A stretch of 47,526 nt of DNA from an uncultured archaeon (GTDB lineage: Archaea > Asgardarchaeota > Lokiarchaeia > Sigyniarchaeales > SOKP01): the NCBI GenBank assembly GCA_964388035.1, contig CAYLZE010000030.1:1-47526 (forward strand). The letters are read 5' to 3'. The notes under the pieces are model-generated. The model was not told the origin of the DNA, made no database searches, and saw nothing but the letters and a program-made list of their open reading frames with translations. A program made the translations under genes and the position numbers. Of the stretch, positions 8,389 to 18,154 are shown piece by piece. How positions within the stretch are numbered: the stretch's first letter is position 1; every line of letters starts with the position of its first letter.

Positions 8389-9648
8389 ATGACGATTGAA
8401 GGGAATGATAATATTGAATTTGAGTCATTCTTTAATGGAAAATTGCCAATTGGCTTAACTAAAGAACAGATTCTTTCAAAAAACCTCAAAAAGATAGTAA
8501 AGAAACTATTAAAGCTTGAAAATTATAAGAATTCTTTTGCGAAGGTGTTATTGACTAATATTGATAAGTGTAATTTTTCCGAACTAATGAATTATCCCGA
8601 ATATCTCATTAAAGAAAATATCATTAAAAAAAACGTAAAATCTTCGAATATTGGTGGCTTGAATTTTGTATGCGTGGATGGGTCTTCGGTTTTAAAGAAT
8701 TTCATGAATATTGACTTTTCTTTTTTGAAAGCCATAGTCGTAAAATATCATTTTAACAATAATTATGATGCTCACATCCAATTTTATCCGGATCTTAATG
8801 GTTTTAATAACTATGCCGTGGAAGGGAATTATATTAATAGTGAAGAGCGCGTGGTGGAGACCAAGGTTTCATTAGATTTAAGACACATGGAATTAAATTT
8901 GTTAAATGAACTTCTAGAGACCACTTCAGACATTGACATGATTATTATCGATGGGTCCATTTTAATTACCCCTCTTAATTTAACATTCTCTATTGATTAT
9001 GAATTAAGTATGAAATATGATAATCTGTTAAAAGAATATCAAGAATTATACATGAATTGCAAAGAAAAACGGGTCTTGTTAATTGGAGTTATAAAGGACA
9101 CAAAGACAGCAGCTTTAACAAATTTATTAAGGGAATCCATCCAACTCCTTAAACCAGGACCAACGAACCTACAAGATTTTATAGCAATGAATTATCGGCA
9201 GATCATGGATTATTTTTGCGATATCGATTTATTTAATCGATTACTTCAAAAGTCGGAAAGAAGTTGCGTGTTTAAAATAAAAAGAGAAATTGAGAAAATT
9301 AGACAAAATGAAATTAAAAAGGAAATTCCCTATTACTTTCCATTAGACTTTTATGCATTTTATTGCAAAACAGCTCAATACGATACTCCTATTCGAATTG
9401 AATTTTTTACGGAAAAAAATAGTTCTATAAATGAAGTAATCTCTAAAGCGAAGCTAATCGCTTCATTAGTATTTCCCATTTCAAGTTGTAATGAACGGTA
9501 CGGGCTTCCCATTCCACAAATTGAAGCCCACAAACGAGCAGTCTTCAAACCAAATGAACTAAATTTTTTGTTTAATAACCTGGTTCGTTCATTAAACAAG
9601 CATGGACTTCGTTTAATAGAAAAAAGGAGAAATCGAAGACCATTTTGA
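8389..9648 (+). CDS. nurA: NurA 5'-3' nuclease (DNA double-strand break repair)
   Basis: CVDGS, IIIDGS, IGVIKD, YGLPIPQIEAHKRA motifs. Confidence 0.85.
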   Translation: MTIEGNDNIEFESFFNGKLPIGLTKEQILSKNLKKIVKKLLKLENYKNSFAKVLLTNIDKCNFSELMNYPEYLIKENIIKKNVKSSNIGGLNFVCVDGSSVLKNFMNIDFSFLKAIVVKYHFNNNYDAHIQFYPDLNGFNNYAVEGNYINSEERVVETKVSLDLRHMELNLLNELLETTSDIDMIIIDGSILITPLNLTFSIDYELSMKYDNLLKEYQELYMNCKEKRVLLIGVIKDTKTAALTNLLRESIQLLKPGPTNLQDFIAMNYRQIMDYFCDIDLFNRLLQKSERSCVFKIKREIEKIRQNEIKKEIPYYFPLDFYAFYCKTAQYDTPIRIEFFTEKNSSINEVISKAKLIASLVFPISSCNERYGLPIPQIEAHKRAVFKPNELNFLFNNLVRSLNKHGLRLIEKRRNRRPF

Positions 9649-9709
9649 ATAAATGAAAATGGTTAAGCTAGAGAACTTCTTCGAATCCCTTTAATATGCA
9701 AGAACTACA

Positions 9710-10408
9710 TTAATGAAGCAAGCTACAACGATTGAGTAAAATATTTTCAAAAAACAAGTGTTTTCTTGCCCTAATTTCATTTTTAAATCCATTTCGCTCC
9801 AGTATCAAATCCAATTCTTTTAAATTTGTCCTGCTTGAGCTAATAAAATACACGTGCCATTGTTCCTTAACACTCAAATACTTTTTCGCTTCATTTAAAA
9901 ATGACTCGATAACTTCAAGTCCAGTAATTCCACCATCCCAACAAGGATCACCCCTCCCCTTTTCTTTCAATCCTGAACTTAAAGTGATACTAGGAAGATA
10001 GGGCGGATTAAAAATGATTATATTAAATAAACCTCGCATCTGATTTGGGAAGGATCTAAACAGGTCTGAATGGATAAATTCAATTTCATCTTGGAGCCCG
10101 TTGGCAATTTGATTAAATTTAGCACAATGGATGCTTTCGGTTTGTATATCAGATGCAACTATTCTTGGATTAAATTGGGGGTTAATCCTCTTTAGCAAGC
10201 CAAGAAAAATTGCAATAATTCCCGATCCCGTTCCAAGATCTAATACATTTTTTATGGTATCAACACCTAGCTCGTCAAATTGACATGCATCAACGTGCTC
10301 TTTAAGATAATCAATTATTAAATAACTATCATCGGAAGGATAGTATATTTCCTTGCTAGTACAATCTATTATTGGATCTGGATAATTTATTGGACATCCC
10401 TCATCCAT
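9710..10408 (-). CDS. hemK: HemK2/MTQ2-family release-factor glutamine methyltransferase
   Basis: YYPSDDSYL, LDLGTGSG, FNPPY, WDGG; overlaps rsmA by 8 bp. Confidence 0.88.
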   Translation of the reverse strand: MDEGCPINYPDPIIDCTSKEIYYPSDDSYLIIDYLKEHVDACQFDELGVDTIKNVLDLGTGSGIIAIFLGLLKRINPQFNPRIVASDIQTESIHCAKFNQIANGLQDEIEFIHSDLFRSFPNQMRGLFNIIIFNPPYLPSITLSSGLKEKGRGDPCWDGGITGLEVIESFLNEAKKYLSVKEQWHVYFISSSRTNLKELDLILERNGFKNEIRARKHLFFENILLNRCSLLH

Positions 10409-11255
10409 TCAATTTTAATAATTCATAAAAAACTTGACTTAATTGCAAGAATTGATCGATGGAAAAGGTTACTACCTTAAAATTCTGGAAGTGATTACGC
10501 TCTAAAATTTCAATCACCATTTTTTTATCAAGATTTTTGTCAAATCTATTTTTCAAGCACAATTGTAGCGCATTAACTAAATCTTTATTTTTATAAGGAA
10601 ACAGCCCAGAAATGAATTTTAAATAGAATATTCGTGTAGATTTCTTCAATAAAAAGGGATACATGCTAGGTTTGGGTGCAGTTTTTATGATAGATAAAGG
10701 AATTTTAGGTACGGGATAAAATGAATTTCTCGAAATATCTATTTTTTCACAAATATTCATGAACGAATTATGAAGAATTCCAATTCTAGAGGTTCTCTTG
10801 TATTCTCCCGAAAGTATCAATCTGTTTGCAAGCGCTCTTTCAATGGTAATTACTCCGGGAACAGGATTTGCCCGAAAAAAGCATTTCTCCAGGAATGGTC
10901 CCGTTATGGAATAAGGCACGTTCGAAATAATTTTATCATGAGGTGGCAATTCTATCGTGAGGATATCTCCGTGGACAATTTTAAAATTATCAACGTTCGA
11001 ATATTTTTTAGAAAGAAACAGGCAAAATTCTTTTTCAATTTCTACCCCGATGACCCGTTTAGCTTCATGGACCAAGACATCTGTTAAAGCACCTAATCCC
11101 GGTCCCACTTCCAAAATTACATCATTCGGCTTTATTTCTGCTAAATTAATGATTCGATCTCGAATGTTTTTATCTATTAAGAAATTTTGACCAAATCGCT
11201 TTTTTGGATGAAAATCTTGAGTATTTAAGAACGCGAGAACATCCTTTTTGTTCAT
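10401..11255 (-). CDS. rsmA: 16S rRNA (adenine-N6)-dimethyltransferase RsmA/KsgA/Dim1
   Basis: KKRFGQNFL, LEVGPGLGALT, ISNVPYSIT, SFYPVPKI. Confidence 0.95.
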   Translation of the reverse strand: MNKKDVLAFLNTQDFHPKKRFGQNFLIDKNIRDRIINLAEIKPNDVILEVGPGLGALTDVLVHEAKRVIGVEIEKEFCLFLSKKYSNVDNFKIVHGDILTIELPPHDKIISNVPYSITGPFLEKCFFRANPVPGVITIERALANRLILSGEYKRTSRIGILHNSFMNICEKIDISRNSFYPVPKIPLSIIKTAPKPSMYPFLLKKSTRIFYLKFISGLFPYKNKDLVNALQLCLKNRFDKNLDKKMVIEILERNHFQNFKVVTFSIDQFLQLSQVFYELLKLNG

Positions 11256-11274
11256 TGCGGTTTAGGGAAATGAT

Positions 11275-11934
11275 CTACTCATATTTTTGCGTTTTGCTGA
11301 ATATATAATATTTTTCTTCTCTTTGAAGTTCTTTAATGATTCTTTGAGCGACAAGTTTTGCAGGATGAGTCACACTCGTGCGATCGATTATATCTTGAAA
11401 GTTAGTAAAGTTTTGGCGCTTTCTCGCTTCTAAAAGCTCCCACATGTGTTTTTGACCGATTCCGGGCAACAATTTCAAAGCATGCATTCTTGGAGTAATA
11501 GAAGTTGAATTATTAAAGAAATATATAAACATTTCTTCATAATTTAATACTTCCTTTTCGAGAATAGGTTCAAGTAATGCTTTTGAAGTGGTGGTAAGAT
11601 CGTCATAATCAATCTTTCTTAACACTTCTTTCATTTTTCCTTTTGCGATAAAGTTTTCATACAGATCCTTTTCTTGAACTTTAATATCCGTGTCTCTATC
11701 GCTTATCTTAACTTCATATAAAACAAAATCAGGAAAAGTGAGAACTTGAGCTATGGGATTCTTTGTCCAACTAGGTCTATCGTCAGTAGGATGGCCATAT
11801 GGTAGAACATCTAAAATGATTACTTCTCGAGATTTCTTGATAAATTGCTTTTTCTTCCCTTTCAGGTCTTTCTCTCGAGAATTTCGAAATGAAGGTTTTT
11901 TTTGTACCCTCCGATGATTTCTTTCCATGACCAT
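11275..11934 (-). CDS. DUF655 (COG1491) predicted RNA-binding protein with helix-hairpin-helix
   Basis: ILDVLPYGH, FFNNSTSITPRMHALKLLPGIG, F..F.DI..R; conserved position between rpo4 and rsmA. Confidence 0.9.
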   Translation of the reverse strand: MVMERNHRRVQKKPSFRNSREKDLKGKKKQFIKKSREVIILDVLPYGHPTDDRPSWTKNPIAQVLTFPDFVLYEVKISDRDTDIKVQEKDLYENFIAKGKMKEVLRKIDYDDLTTTSKALLEPILEKEVLNYEEMFIYFFNNSTSITPRMHALKLLPGIGQKHMWELLEARKRQNFTNFQDIIDRTSVTHPAKLVAQRIIKELQREEKYYIFSKTQKYE

Positions 11935-12130
11935 CTCTCTTTAATTTATTTATTTTTAACGTACGCATCATAAAAAAAATGTGAGATTTTTAACCATTTA
12001 AAATCTGACCTTTACTGTTGGATCATCTATTAATCTAGATATATAAAGAAGCTTATATTTTTTTTGATTTTTTGTTAAAATTCGAAATCCAGTTATGATC
12101 GCACGGATAAGGTTTTTTTAAAAAATAGGA

Positions 12131-12493
12131 TTAAGATTTCAATTCTCCAATCTCATATAACAGTTTTTCCAGCTGTTCTTCATTCAAAGATTTTCCCGTG
12201 GAACTTTTTTCCATGATAATACGAATTTCGGGTACGGTTTTAGGATCGCAATTGACAATGTTTATAGCAAATTCCTCTTCAAGACTATAGGTGTCGATTA
12301 AAAATTTGAGTATCTTCTTTGCGACCTTATCTTCCATTTTTGCAAACTTTTGCACGTAATTGTAGGTAATTTCTTGAAAGTGCGACATTCCCTCTCCACT
12401 ATCAATTTCCGTGATCTTTTCATTCAATTGTTCCATTAGTTTTTTAACTTCAGGGATGCTCACGGTCCGTTCACTTATTTTTCTTCCAAACAT
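12131..12493 (-). CDS. rpo4: DNA-directed RNA polymerase subunit Rpo4 (RpoF)
   Basis: E..VSIPEVK..., Y...F.K, AINIVN..PKTVPEIRII; synteny with rpl21e. Confidence 0.88.
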   Translation of the reverse strand: MFGRKISERTVSIPEVKKLMEQLNEKITEIDSGEGMSHFQEITYNYVQKFAKMEDKVAKKILKFLIDTYSLEEEFAINIVNCDPKTVPEIRIIMEKSSTGKSLNEEQLEKLLYEIGELKS

Positions 12494-12527
12494 GATTACT
12501 ATTTAAGAATTATATTTTTTATTTTTT

Positions 12528-12836
12528 TTAATCCTTCAAGGAGGCATGATTCAGCCTGACATGCTCTCTTCCGATTATAAGCATCTTTTTTGCATTTCCG
12601 ATCTTTACTTGAACTTCAAAGCATTGACCTCGCTTTCCAATTATCACGCCGGTCTTTCCATGATACCTTCGATGAGGTAGACCCCCTTTATGTTGAGAAG
12701 GATCGCCAATGATATCCACTTTATCATTAATCTCATATTCAACTAAATATTTTTCGATACTTCCTAATCCTTTCTTGCGAGGTTTTTTCCGATATCGCTT
12801 TCGGGTCTTGTTTCTATAACCTTTATGTATTGTCAT
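12528..12836 (-). CDS. rpl21e: 50S ribosomal protein L21e
   Basis: KGYRNKTR, GLPHRRYHGKTG, EHVR. Confidence 0.97.
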   Translation of the reverse strand: MTIHKGYRNKTRKRYRKKPRKKGLGSIEKYLVEYEINDKVDIIGDPSQHKGGLPHRRYHGKTGVIIGKRGQCFEVQVKIGNAKKMLIIGREHVRLNHASLKD

Positions 12837-13056
12837 ATTAACTTATCCTTCTGACGTGTTTATCCATTATTTTTAATAAAACGTTTCCAGAAATGAAATC
12901 TAGTTATAAGTTAAGTACTTGATTATTGAGTAATTTTATGAAAGATAGCTTATTTATTTTTTGATTCTCAAATCTAACTTTAAAAGATTAATTTTGGTTG
13001 CCGTAAAGAGCCCATTTTTAGAATGTATAGATATCGTAATGACTTATATTTAACAT

Positions 13057-14418
13057 TTAATATTTTATTGCTATAACGTTCAATTTACTGCAGGTTAATG
13101 AGCTTTCAAACACATCTACAAAAGAGGGTTGGGTTCGCCCTTCATCACCATTAATTAATTCCTTGATATAAGTTCCCCCTTGGGTTTCTATTATGAATTC
13201 AAACTCATTAGAAGTCATGTATTTCCCATCTATCGAATAAACGTACTTTCGCCGGACTTTATCTGCTCGGCGATGGGAAACCCTGATGGGAGTTCTTTGT
13301 TTTATTTCTATATTCTCAAGAGTTTCTTTTATTTTTTTCATTACCTCATTAAATTCTAAGGGAGAAACTTCTTTTTCTGAAATAACTAATGCTTTATATA
13401 CCTTTATGGTATTTTTAGCATTCTCTTTGATTTTTATTACTTCCGATTTATCACTATATCTCAATTCGCTGATTTGGACCTTATCTTTATTTAACAAATT
13501 CGTTTCTTGCTCGAGCTTACTCAAGTCCAAAGTGCGAACTTGGGGGTTTTTCAATTCAAGTATAAAAGGTCGTCCCGTGCCTTTCATTTTTACATCAATA
13601 TCTTCCCTTCCAGCACCATGAAAGGAGGAATCGGTTGCTTTTGATGCTTTCATGAATAAGGGAGTGATCAATTCCTCAACACTAGTCGGGTATCTCTTTC
13701 CGGTAAAATTGCATTCCTCGCATCCCATTCCTCTACATTTTATACAAGGCCATTTTGTCTGGGGGATGCCCCGAATTAATTTCTGGTACCTGCCATATAC
13801 AAAAAGCGATTTTAAATGCAAATCAATATTGAACGAATCATGCGCTAAATTATAAACTAAGACAACATCAGCACCGTCAAATTTGGGAGGGACATTAAAA
13901 AATTGCGAGATGCTTTTTCCAACTTCCCTATTAAAATGACTCTTGAATGCTTCTGCTTCAAGAATATTGTATTCCACTTTAAATTCATCTTCTTTTTTAA
14001 CGATATCGGGATCCGGCCGTGTTCCTACTAAAATATTACTGAATTCCACCTCTTGCAATATTTCTTTTGCTCTATCAACATACTTATGTTGATCTTGGAA
14101 AATATCATTGCATAAATAACAAGGGGAGGAAGAGGGCGTTTTTAAATCGGACATACCTTCTTTGAGAAGCACGTTTTTAGCCGGCATGAAATTACCATTT
14201 TCTGCTAAGATCCTTAGGTTTTCCAGGGCATTAGCTTTTTGCTCATTATCTCCGAATAGATAAATTCCATGATTTTCCATGGTTAAAAATAGTAATATGG
14301 CATTGCCCCGCTCAAGATTTGAAGTACTGGTTGCTAATAATGAAAACATGCGCCCTAAACAATACGGACATAAATATTTATCTTGAAGTATTTGTAATAC
14401 GCGGGAAAGTATATTCAT
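13057..14418 (-). CDS. pus10: tRNA pseudouridine(54/55) synthase Pus10
   Basis: LCPYCLGR, GRYQKLIRGIPQTKW, FHGAGREDIDV (catalytic Asp), GRPF, QRTPIRV.HRR, GGTYIKEL. Confidence 0.96.
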   Translation of the reverse strand: MNILSRVLQILQDKYLCPYCLGRMFSLLATSTSNLERGNAILLFLTMENHGIYLFGDNEQKANALENLRILAENGNFMPAKNVLLKEGMSDLKTPSSSPCYLCNDIFQDQHKYVDRAKEILQEVEFSNILVGTRPDPDIVKKEDEFKVEYNILEAEAFKSHFNREVGKSISQFFNVPPKFDGADVVLVYNLAHDSFNIDLHLKSLFVYGRYQKLIRGIPQTKWPCIKCRGMGCEECNFTGKRYPTSVEELITPLFMKASKATDSSFHGAGREDIDVKMKGTGRPFILELKNPQVRTLDLSKLEQETNLLNKDKVQISELRYSDKSEVIKIKENAKNTIKVYKALVISEKEVSPLEFNEVMKKIKETLENIEIKQRTPIRVSHRRADKVRRKYVYSIDGKYMTSNEFEFIIETQGGTYIKELINGDEGRTQPSFVDVFESSLTCSKLNVIAIKY

Positions 14419-14632
14419 GAGTATGGATAATAAGAGGAGATTCTATTTGTTCTTAATCATTGTTAAATCTAAAAATCCTTATCAGAATTAATAAGATTTT
14501 AAAAGAAAACTAGATTTTTCTACCTAATTTAATATTCATGCTATAACAACAAAATTATTCTACATTCCAGATAAATTGTATTAATTTTCCCAGAACAATG
14601 GGAAAAATTGAATAAATAAAAGGTCGAATTAA

Positions 14633-14881
14633 ATGAAGGGATACGTGAAATGGTTCGATAACCGAAAGGGATACGGCTTCATCACGCCAGCCCAAGATGA
14701 TGGAACTCTTCCACTCGATAATGACAAAACTAATGATATTTTTGTTCATTTTTCAAATGTCTTAATGGAGGGCTTCAAGAAGCTGGATCAAGGCGATCTC
14801 GTCGAATTCGAGGTGAAAGAGTCCGATAATAAAGCAGAAGCCATTAATGTAAAAGCCTTGATAAAAGATCGTCGCTTCTAA
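14633..14881 (+). CDS. Cold-shock domain protein (CspA family) with loop insertion
   Basis: GYVKWFD.RKGYGFI (RNP1), DIFVHFS (RNP2), GFKKL..GD.VEF. Confidence 0.93.
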   Translation: MKGYVKWFDNRKGYGFITPAQDDGTLPLDNDKTNDIFVHFSNVLMEGFKKLDQGDLVEFEVKESDNKAEAINVKALIKDRRF

Positions 14882-15126
14882 ACTCGTCGTAATTAACGGT
14901 AGTTAGACACTTTAAGCTCTTTTTTTCTTAATTTTTTAATAAACAGTCCTTTTTAAGTAATTTTTAGAAAAAGTCTAAGGATTCCATGCCCATTGGAAAA
15001 AGTAGCATGAAATTTTTGATTTAAAGTAAATGGCATTTTATCACTGTTTAGTGGTTGAAGTGGGCCTTCCTAATAAATTCATTAAAAAAGAAAAAAAAAG
15101 GATTGTGGATTTTTACTTAATTTTAA

Positions 15127-16452
15127 TCAAAAATCTAATGTCACTAATTTACTGGTGTAAATATAGGCGATAATCAAGATAATTGAGCAAATGGGCCCCC
15201 ATATCAAATATCCCAGGGAATAAGAAACGTTACCAAGAGCGGGCAAGCCTATTATTACTCCCAGCAACATGGTGCCGAATGCTTGAAAAATGTTTAATAA
15301 GATACTCGGGAATCCTATATATATGCCGGCATTTAACTCTCCTGTAGCTTTCTCCCCCTCGTCTGCAAGATCAGCGTAATAGATATAAGGAAAAAGAGAC
15401 CACCCTGCAAAAATCGCTGCAATGCCCAGAATGAAAATAATTCCAAAAATGATATTGATTGGAGGGGTGAGGGGTACTAATCCCAAAAGTGAGAGAGGAA
15501 GAAAGATCAAGGCGAAAAGAAATACGTTGAGTAGAGTTTTCTTCTTTCCTTTTTTCTCAATCTGCATTCTCCATAGAGCAAGAAATCCTATAACTCCAAA
15601 AAGTAAGCAAAGGGCGGCAATAAGATACTCAATGGTTCCAAAATTAAGGACTATCTCAATATAATTTAACATGACCGTCGTCATTATAATCCAAGCAAAT
15701 GAGGCAATCGCTTGCATCAATACCACGAGGAGATAATTCTTGTGCCTGAAAATATTTTTCAGATGTACTATGTAATTGGATTTAATCTCATAATAGGGTT
15801 CTACAGGCATTAAAATTGCTCCTAAATATATGATCACAATTAAAAGAATTGCGAAAATGTAAACAATGGTAAGAAAATCAGCAGGAATTTCATTAGGGTT
15901 TGCTACAATTTTATCTTTGGCACTTGTTAATACCAAAAAAGTAAATAAGAGCATGACTCCTTGTCCGATAATGTTGAAAACATTCTGAACTTGAGACACG
16001 GCAGGACGCTCGTCCATTGTGAATTGCTCGGGCATCCATGCTTGGTATACGGTGGTAAATCCGTAAGAGAATTCGAAGATAACGTCCCAAATAATGAGCC
16101 ATATGAAAAGGGCGGTTTCATCAGGATTTACTAATATTAAATGAGGTAACATCACGAAAATAAAAGAAATTGCCGTTAAAGGACAAAAAATAAAGATATA
16201 GGGTTTTCTCCTCCCCCATCTAGTATATTTCCCATCACTAAGCCACCCTAATAAAAATTGGGAGGCGGCAATTGAGAAATAGCCCAAACCAACGGCAAAT
16301 CCAACCGCTACGGAATTGACATTGTATGCTAACGTGTATAAAAAGAATATTGAAAAGCCGACGGTCCCCAATACTAAGGCGGCCATTACTCGTGGAAATG
16401 CAAATAAATACTTTTTCGCTGTTAAGCTTTTTTCAGAAGTAGCATCATTCAA
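15127..16452 (-). CDS. MFS transporter, GPH/MFS_2 (sugar or glycoside:cation symporter-like)
   Basis: About 12 hydrophobic segments, GWLSDGKYTRWGRRKPY, YADLAD; TTG start. Confidence 0.88.
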   Translation of the reverse strand: MNDATSEKSLTAKKYLFAFPRVMAALVLGTVGFSIFFLYTLAYNVNSVAVGFAVGLGYFSIAASQFLLGWLSDGKYTRWGRRKPYIFIFCPLTAISFIFVMLPHLILVNPDETALFIWLIIWDVIFEFSYGFTTVYQAWMPEQFTMDERPAVSQVQNVFNIIGQGVMLLFTFLVLTSAKDKIVANPNEIPADFLTIVYIFAILLIVIIYLGAILMPVEPYYEIKSNYIVHLKNIFRHKNYLLVVLMQAIASFAWIIMTTVMLNYIEIVLNFGTIEYLIAALCLLFGVIGFLALWRMQIEKKGKKKTLLNVFLFALIFLPLSLLGLVPLTPPINIIFGIIFILGIAAIFAGWSLFPYIYYADLADEGEKATGELNAGIYIGFPSILLNIFQAFGTMLLGVIIGLPALGNVSYSLGYLIWGPICSIILIIAYIYTSKLVTLDF

Positions 16453-16683
16453 TTAAATTTCACCATTTTAATAAATTTACTATTATACCAATGTTCGTTT
16501 TCTTTATTTAAATAGCTTACGATCTTACTTCAAGAGAGAAATTTAATTATTAAAAAATAAGAATTACGAGCGTGTTAAGAGTTTTTAAATCATACCAAAT
16601 TTTATTATATTCTTTACTCCGGCAAATAGTATAGAAAAAGGAAAAAAAGATATTTTTAGAAAAATTCATTTTGGTTTATCTTC

Positions 16684-18024
16684 CTACTTAAAGTCTAAAG
16701 TTACATACTTTCTTGTATACAAATAGGAACAGAATAGTATTATGGAGCAAATAGGCCCCCAGAGCACTAATCCTAAAGAAAAACTGATTGTTCCCACGGT
16801 AATATTAGGCAAGGAGGTAATTAATCCCAGGAGAATAATTCCAACGGCTTGGAATATGTTCAAGATGATACTTGGAAATCCCACGTAAATACCCGCTTTT
16901 AAGGATCCCGTCTTTTCCTCGTCATCTTGGGCGAGATCTGCGTACATGATGTAGGGGAAAAGGTACCAACCGCCAAGCATGGCTGCGATGCCTAGAATGA
17001 AAATTATCCCTAATACAAGATGGGGGATTGCGGCAACCAATCCTAGTAGCGTGATGGGCAGGAATACTACGGCAAATATGAAAATATATAATAGTGTAGG
17101 TTTTTTTCCCCGCTTTTCAATGGATTTTCTCCAAAAGTATAGAAATATAAATATTCCTAAGAGAAGGGCGATAGCTACAATTAAGTAGTCTGTTGTTCCC
17201 AGATTTAAAACTGCCAGGGTATAGGTAAGCATCACGGTGCTTATAATGGACCAGCCAAACCCGGAAATTCCCTGCATTAAAATAACCTTCATGTAATTTC
17301 TATTCTTAAGGATAATTTTAAGATTTCCGATTAGGTCAGTGTCAATTGGGAAATGCGGTTCCGTAGGAAGGATGAAGCTGATGAGGAAAAAAAGTAGAAA
17401 GGCAATGACTCCAAAAGTAATTACAATTGTTAAAAAGGTAGTTGAAATGAAATTAACATTTATTTGTATCTGTTGTATGATGCTAGTTAATACTAACAAT
17501 GTTATCAATGCCATGATGCCATTCCCGACAAAATTAAAGGTATTTTGTGCTTGAGAAACAACGGGGCGTTCTTTGAGAGGAAATAATTCCGCCATCCAAG
17601 CTTGATAAGGAGTTGTCACTGAGTAGCTAAATCTGAAGATGATATCCCAGACCAAGAGCCAGAAAAAAAGAGCGGTTTTGTCGGTTAGATCTGAGAGGAA
17701 AAGACCGGGTAATAAGAGAAATATGAAAGAGAGACCTAATAGGGGAGAAAATATAAGTAGGTAGGGTTTTCTACGACCCCATCGAGTATATTTGGCATCG
17801 CTAATCCATCCTAACAAGAACTGCCCGGCGGCAACGCTCAAATAGCCCATGGCTTGAGCCACTGTTGTGAGGATGGGACTTAAGCCATAACCGATATAAT
17901 ATAGTGTAAATAACGCAAAACCTTCTATGCCTAAGACGAGCGAACTTCCAAGCCGAGGTGCGGAAAACAGGATTTTTTCAGTACTGTTTGTTGGTTCTCT
18001 TTTTAATGTTGTGGATTCATTCAT
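16684..18024 (-). CDS. MFS transporter, GPH/MFS_2; tandem paralog of 15127-16452
   Basis: GWISDAKYTRWGRRKPY, YQAWM.E.F, AGIY.GFPSI, C-terminal VTLDF shared with neighbour. Confidence 0.88.
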   Translation of the reverse strand: MNESTTLKREPTNSTEKILFSAPRLGSSLVLGIEGFALFTLYYIGYGLSPILTTVAQAMGYLSVAAGQFLLGWISDAKYTRWGRRKPYLLIFSPLLGLSFIFLLLPGLFLSDLTDKTALFFWLLVWDIIFRFSYSVTTPYQAWMAELFPLKERPVVSQAQNTFNFVGNGIMALITLLVLTSIIQQIQINVNFISTTFLTIVITFGVIAFLLFFLISFILPTEPHFPIDTDLIGNLKIILKNRNYMKVILMQGISGFGWSIISTVMLTYTLAVLNLGTTDYLIVAIALLLGIFIFLYFWRKSIEKRGKKPTLLYIFIFAVVFLPITLLGLVAAIPHLVLGIIFILGIAAMLGGWYLFPYIMYADLAQDDEEKTGSLKAGIYVGFPSIILNIFQAVGIILLGLITSLPNITVGTISFSLGLVLWGPICSIILFCSYLYTRKYVTLDFK

Positions 18025-18082
18025 TATCTATCATCTAATTTTATTGAATTGGATAAGTTGAATAATAAAATAGATCGTAGTA

Positions 18083-18104
18083 TTTAAGCATGTAATTGCT
18101 TAAA
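18083..18104. promoter_or_regulatory. 8-6-8 inverted repeat, candidate operator of the MFS pair
   Basis: TTTAAGCA-TGTAAT-TGCTTAAA about 60-80 bp upstream of 18024, overlapping a TTAAATA TATA-like element on the minus strand. Confidence 0.35.
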
Positions 18105-18154
18105 AATTCGTGCGTTTTTTTATAAAGAAGAACAACAGGGAAGGTTAGGAACGA

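Noticed and set aside
9710-10408. NPPY methyltransferase as a restriction-modification DNA methylase
   Set aside because: The YxPxDDS motif and position in the rpl21e-rpo4-rsmA cluster indicate a HemK2-type protein methyltransferase.
14960-15075. Slightly GC-richer intergenic stretch with small hairpins as ncRNA or riboswitch
   Set aside because: Stems are short; no tRNA, C/D box or SECIS-like motif that I can support.
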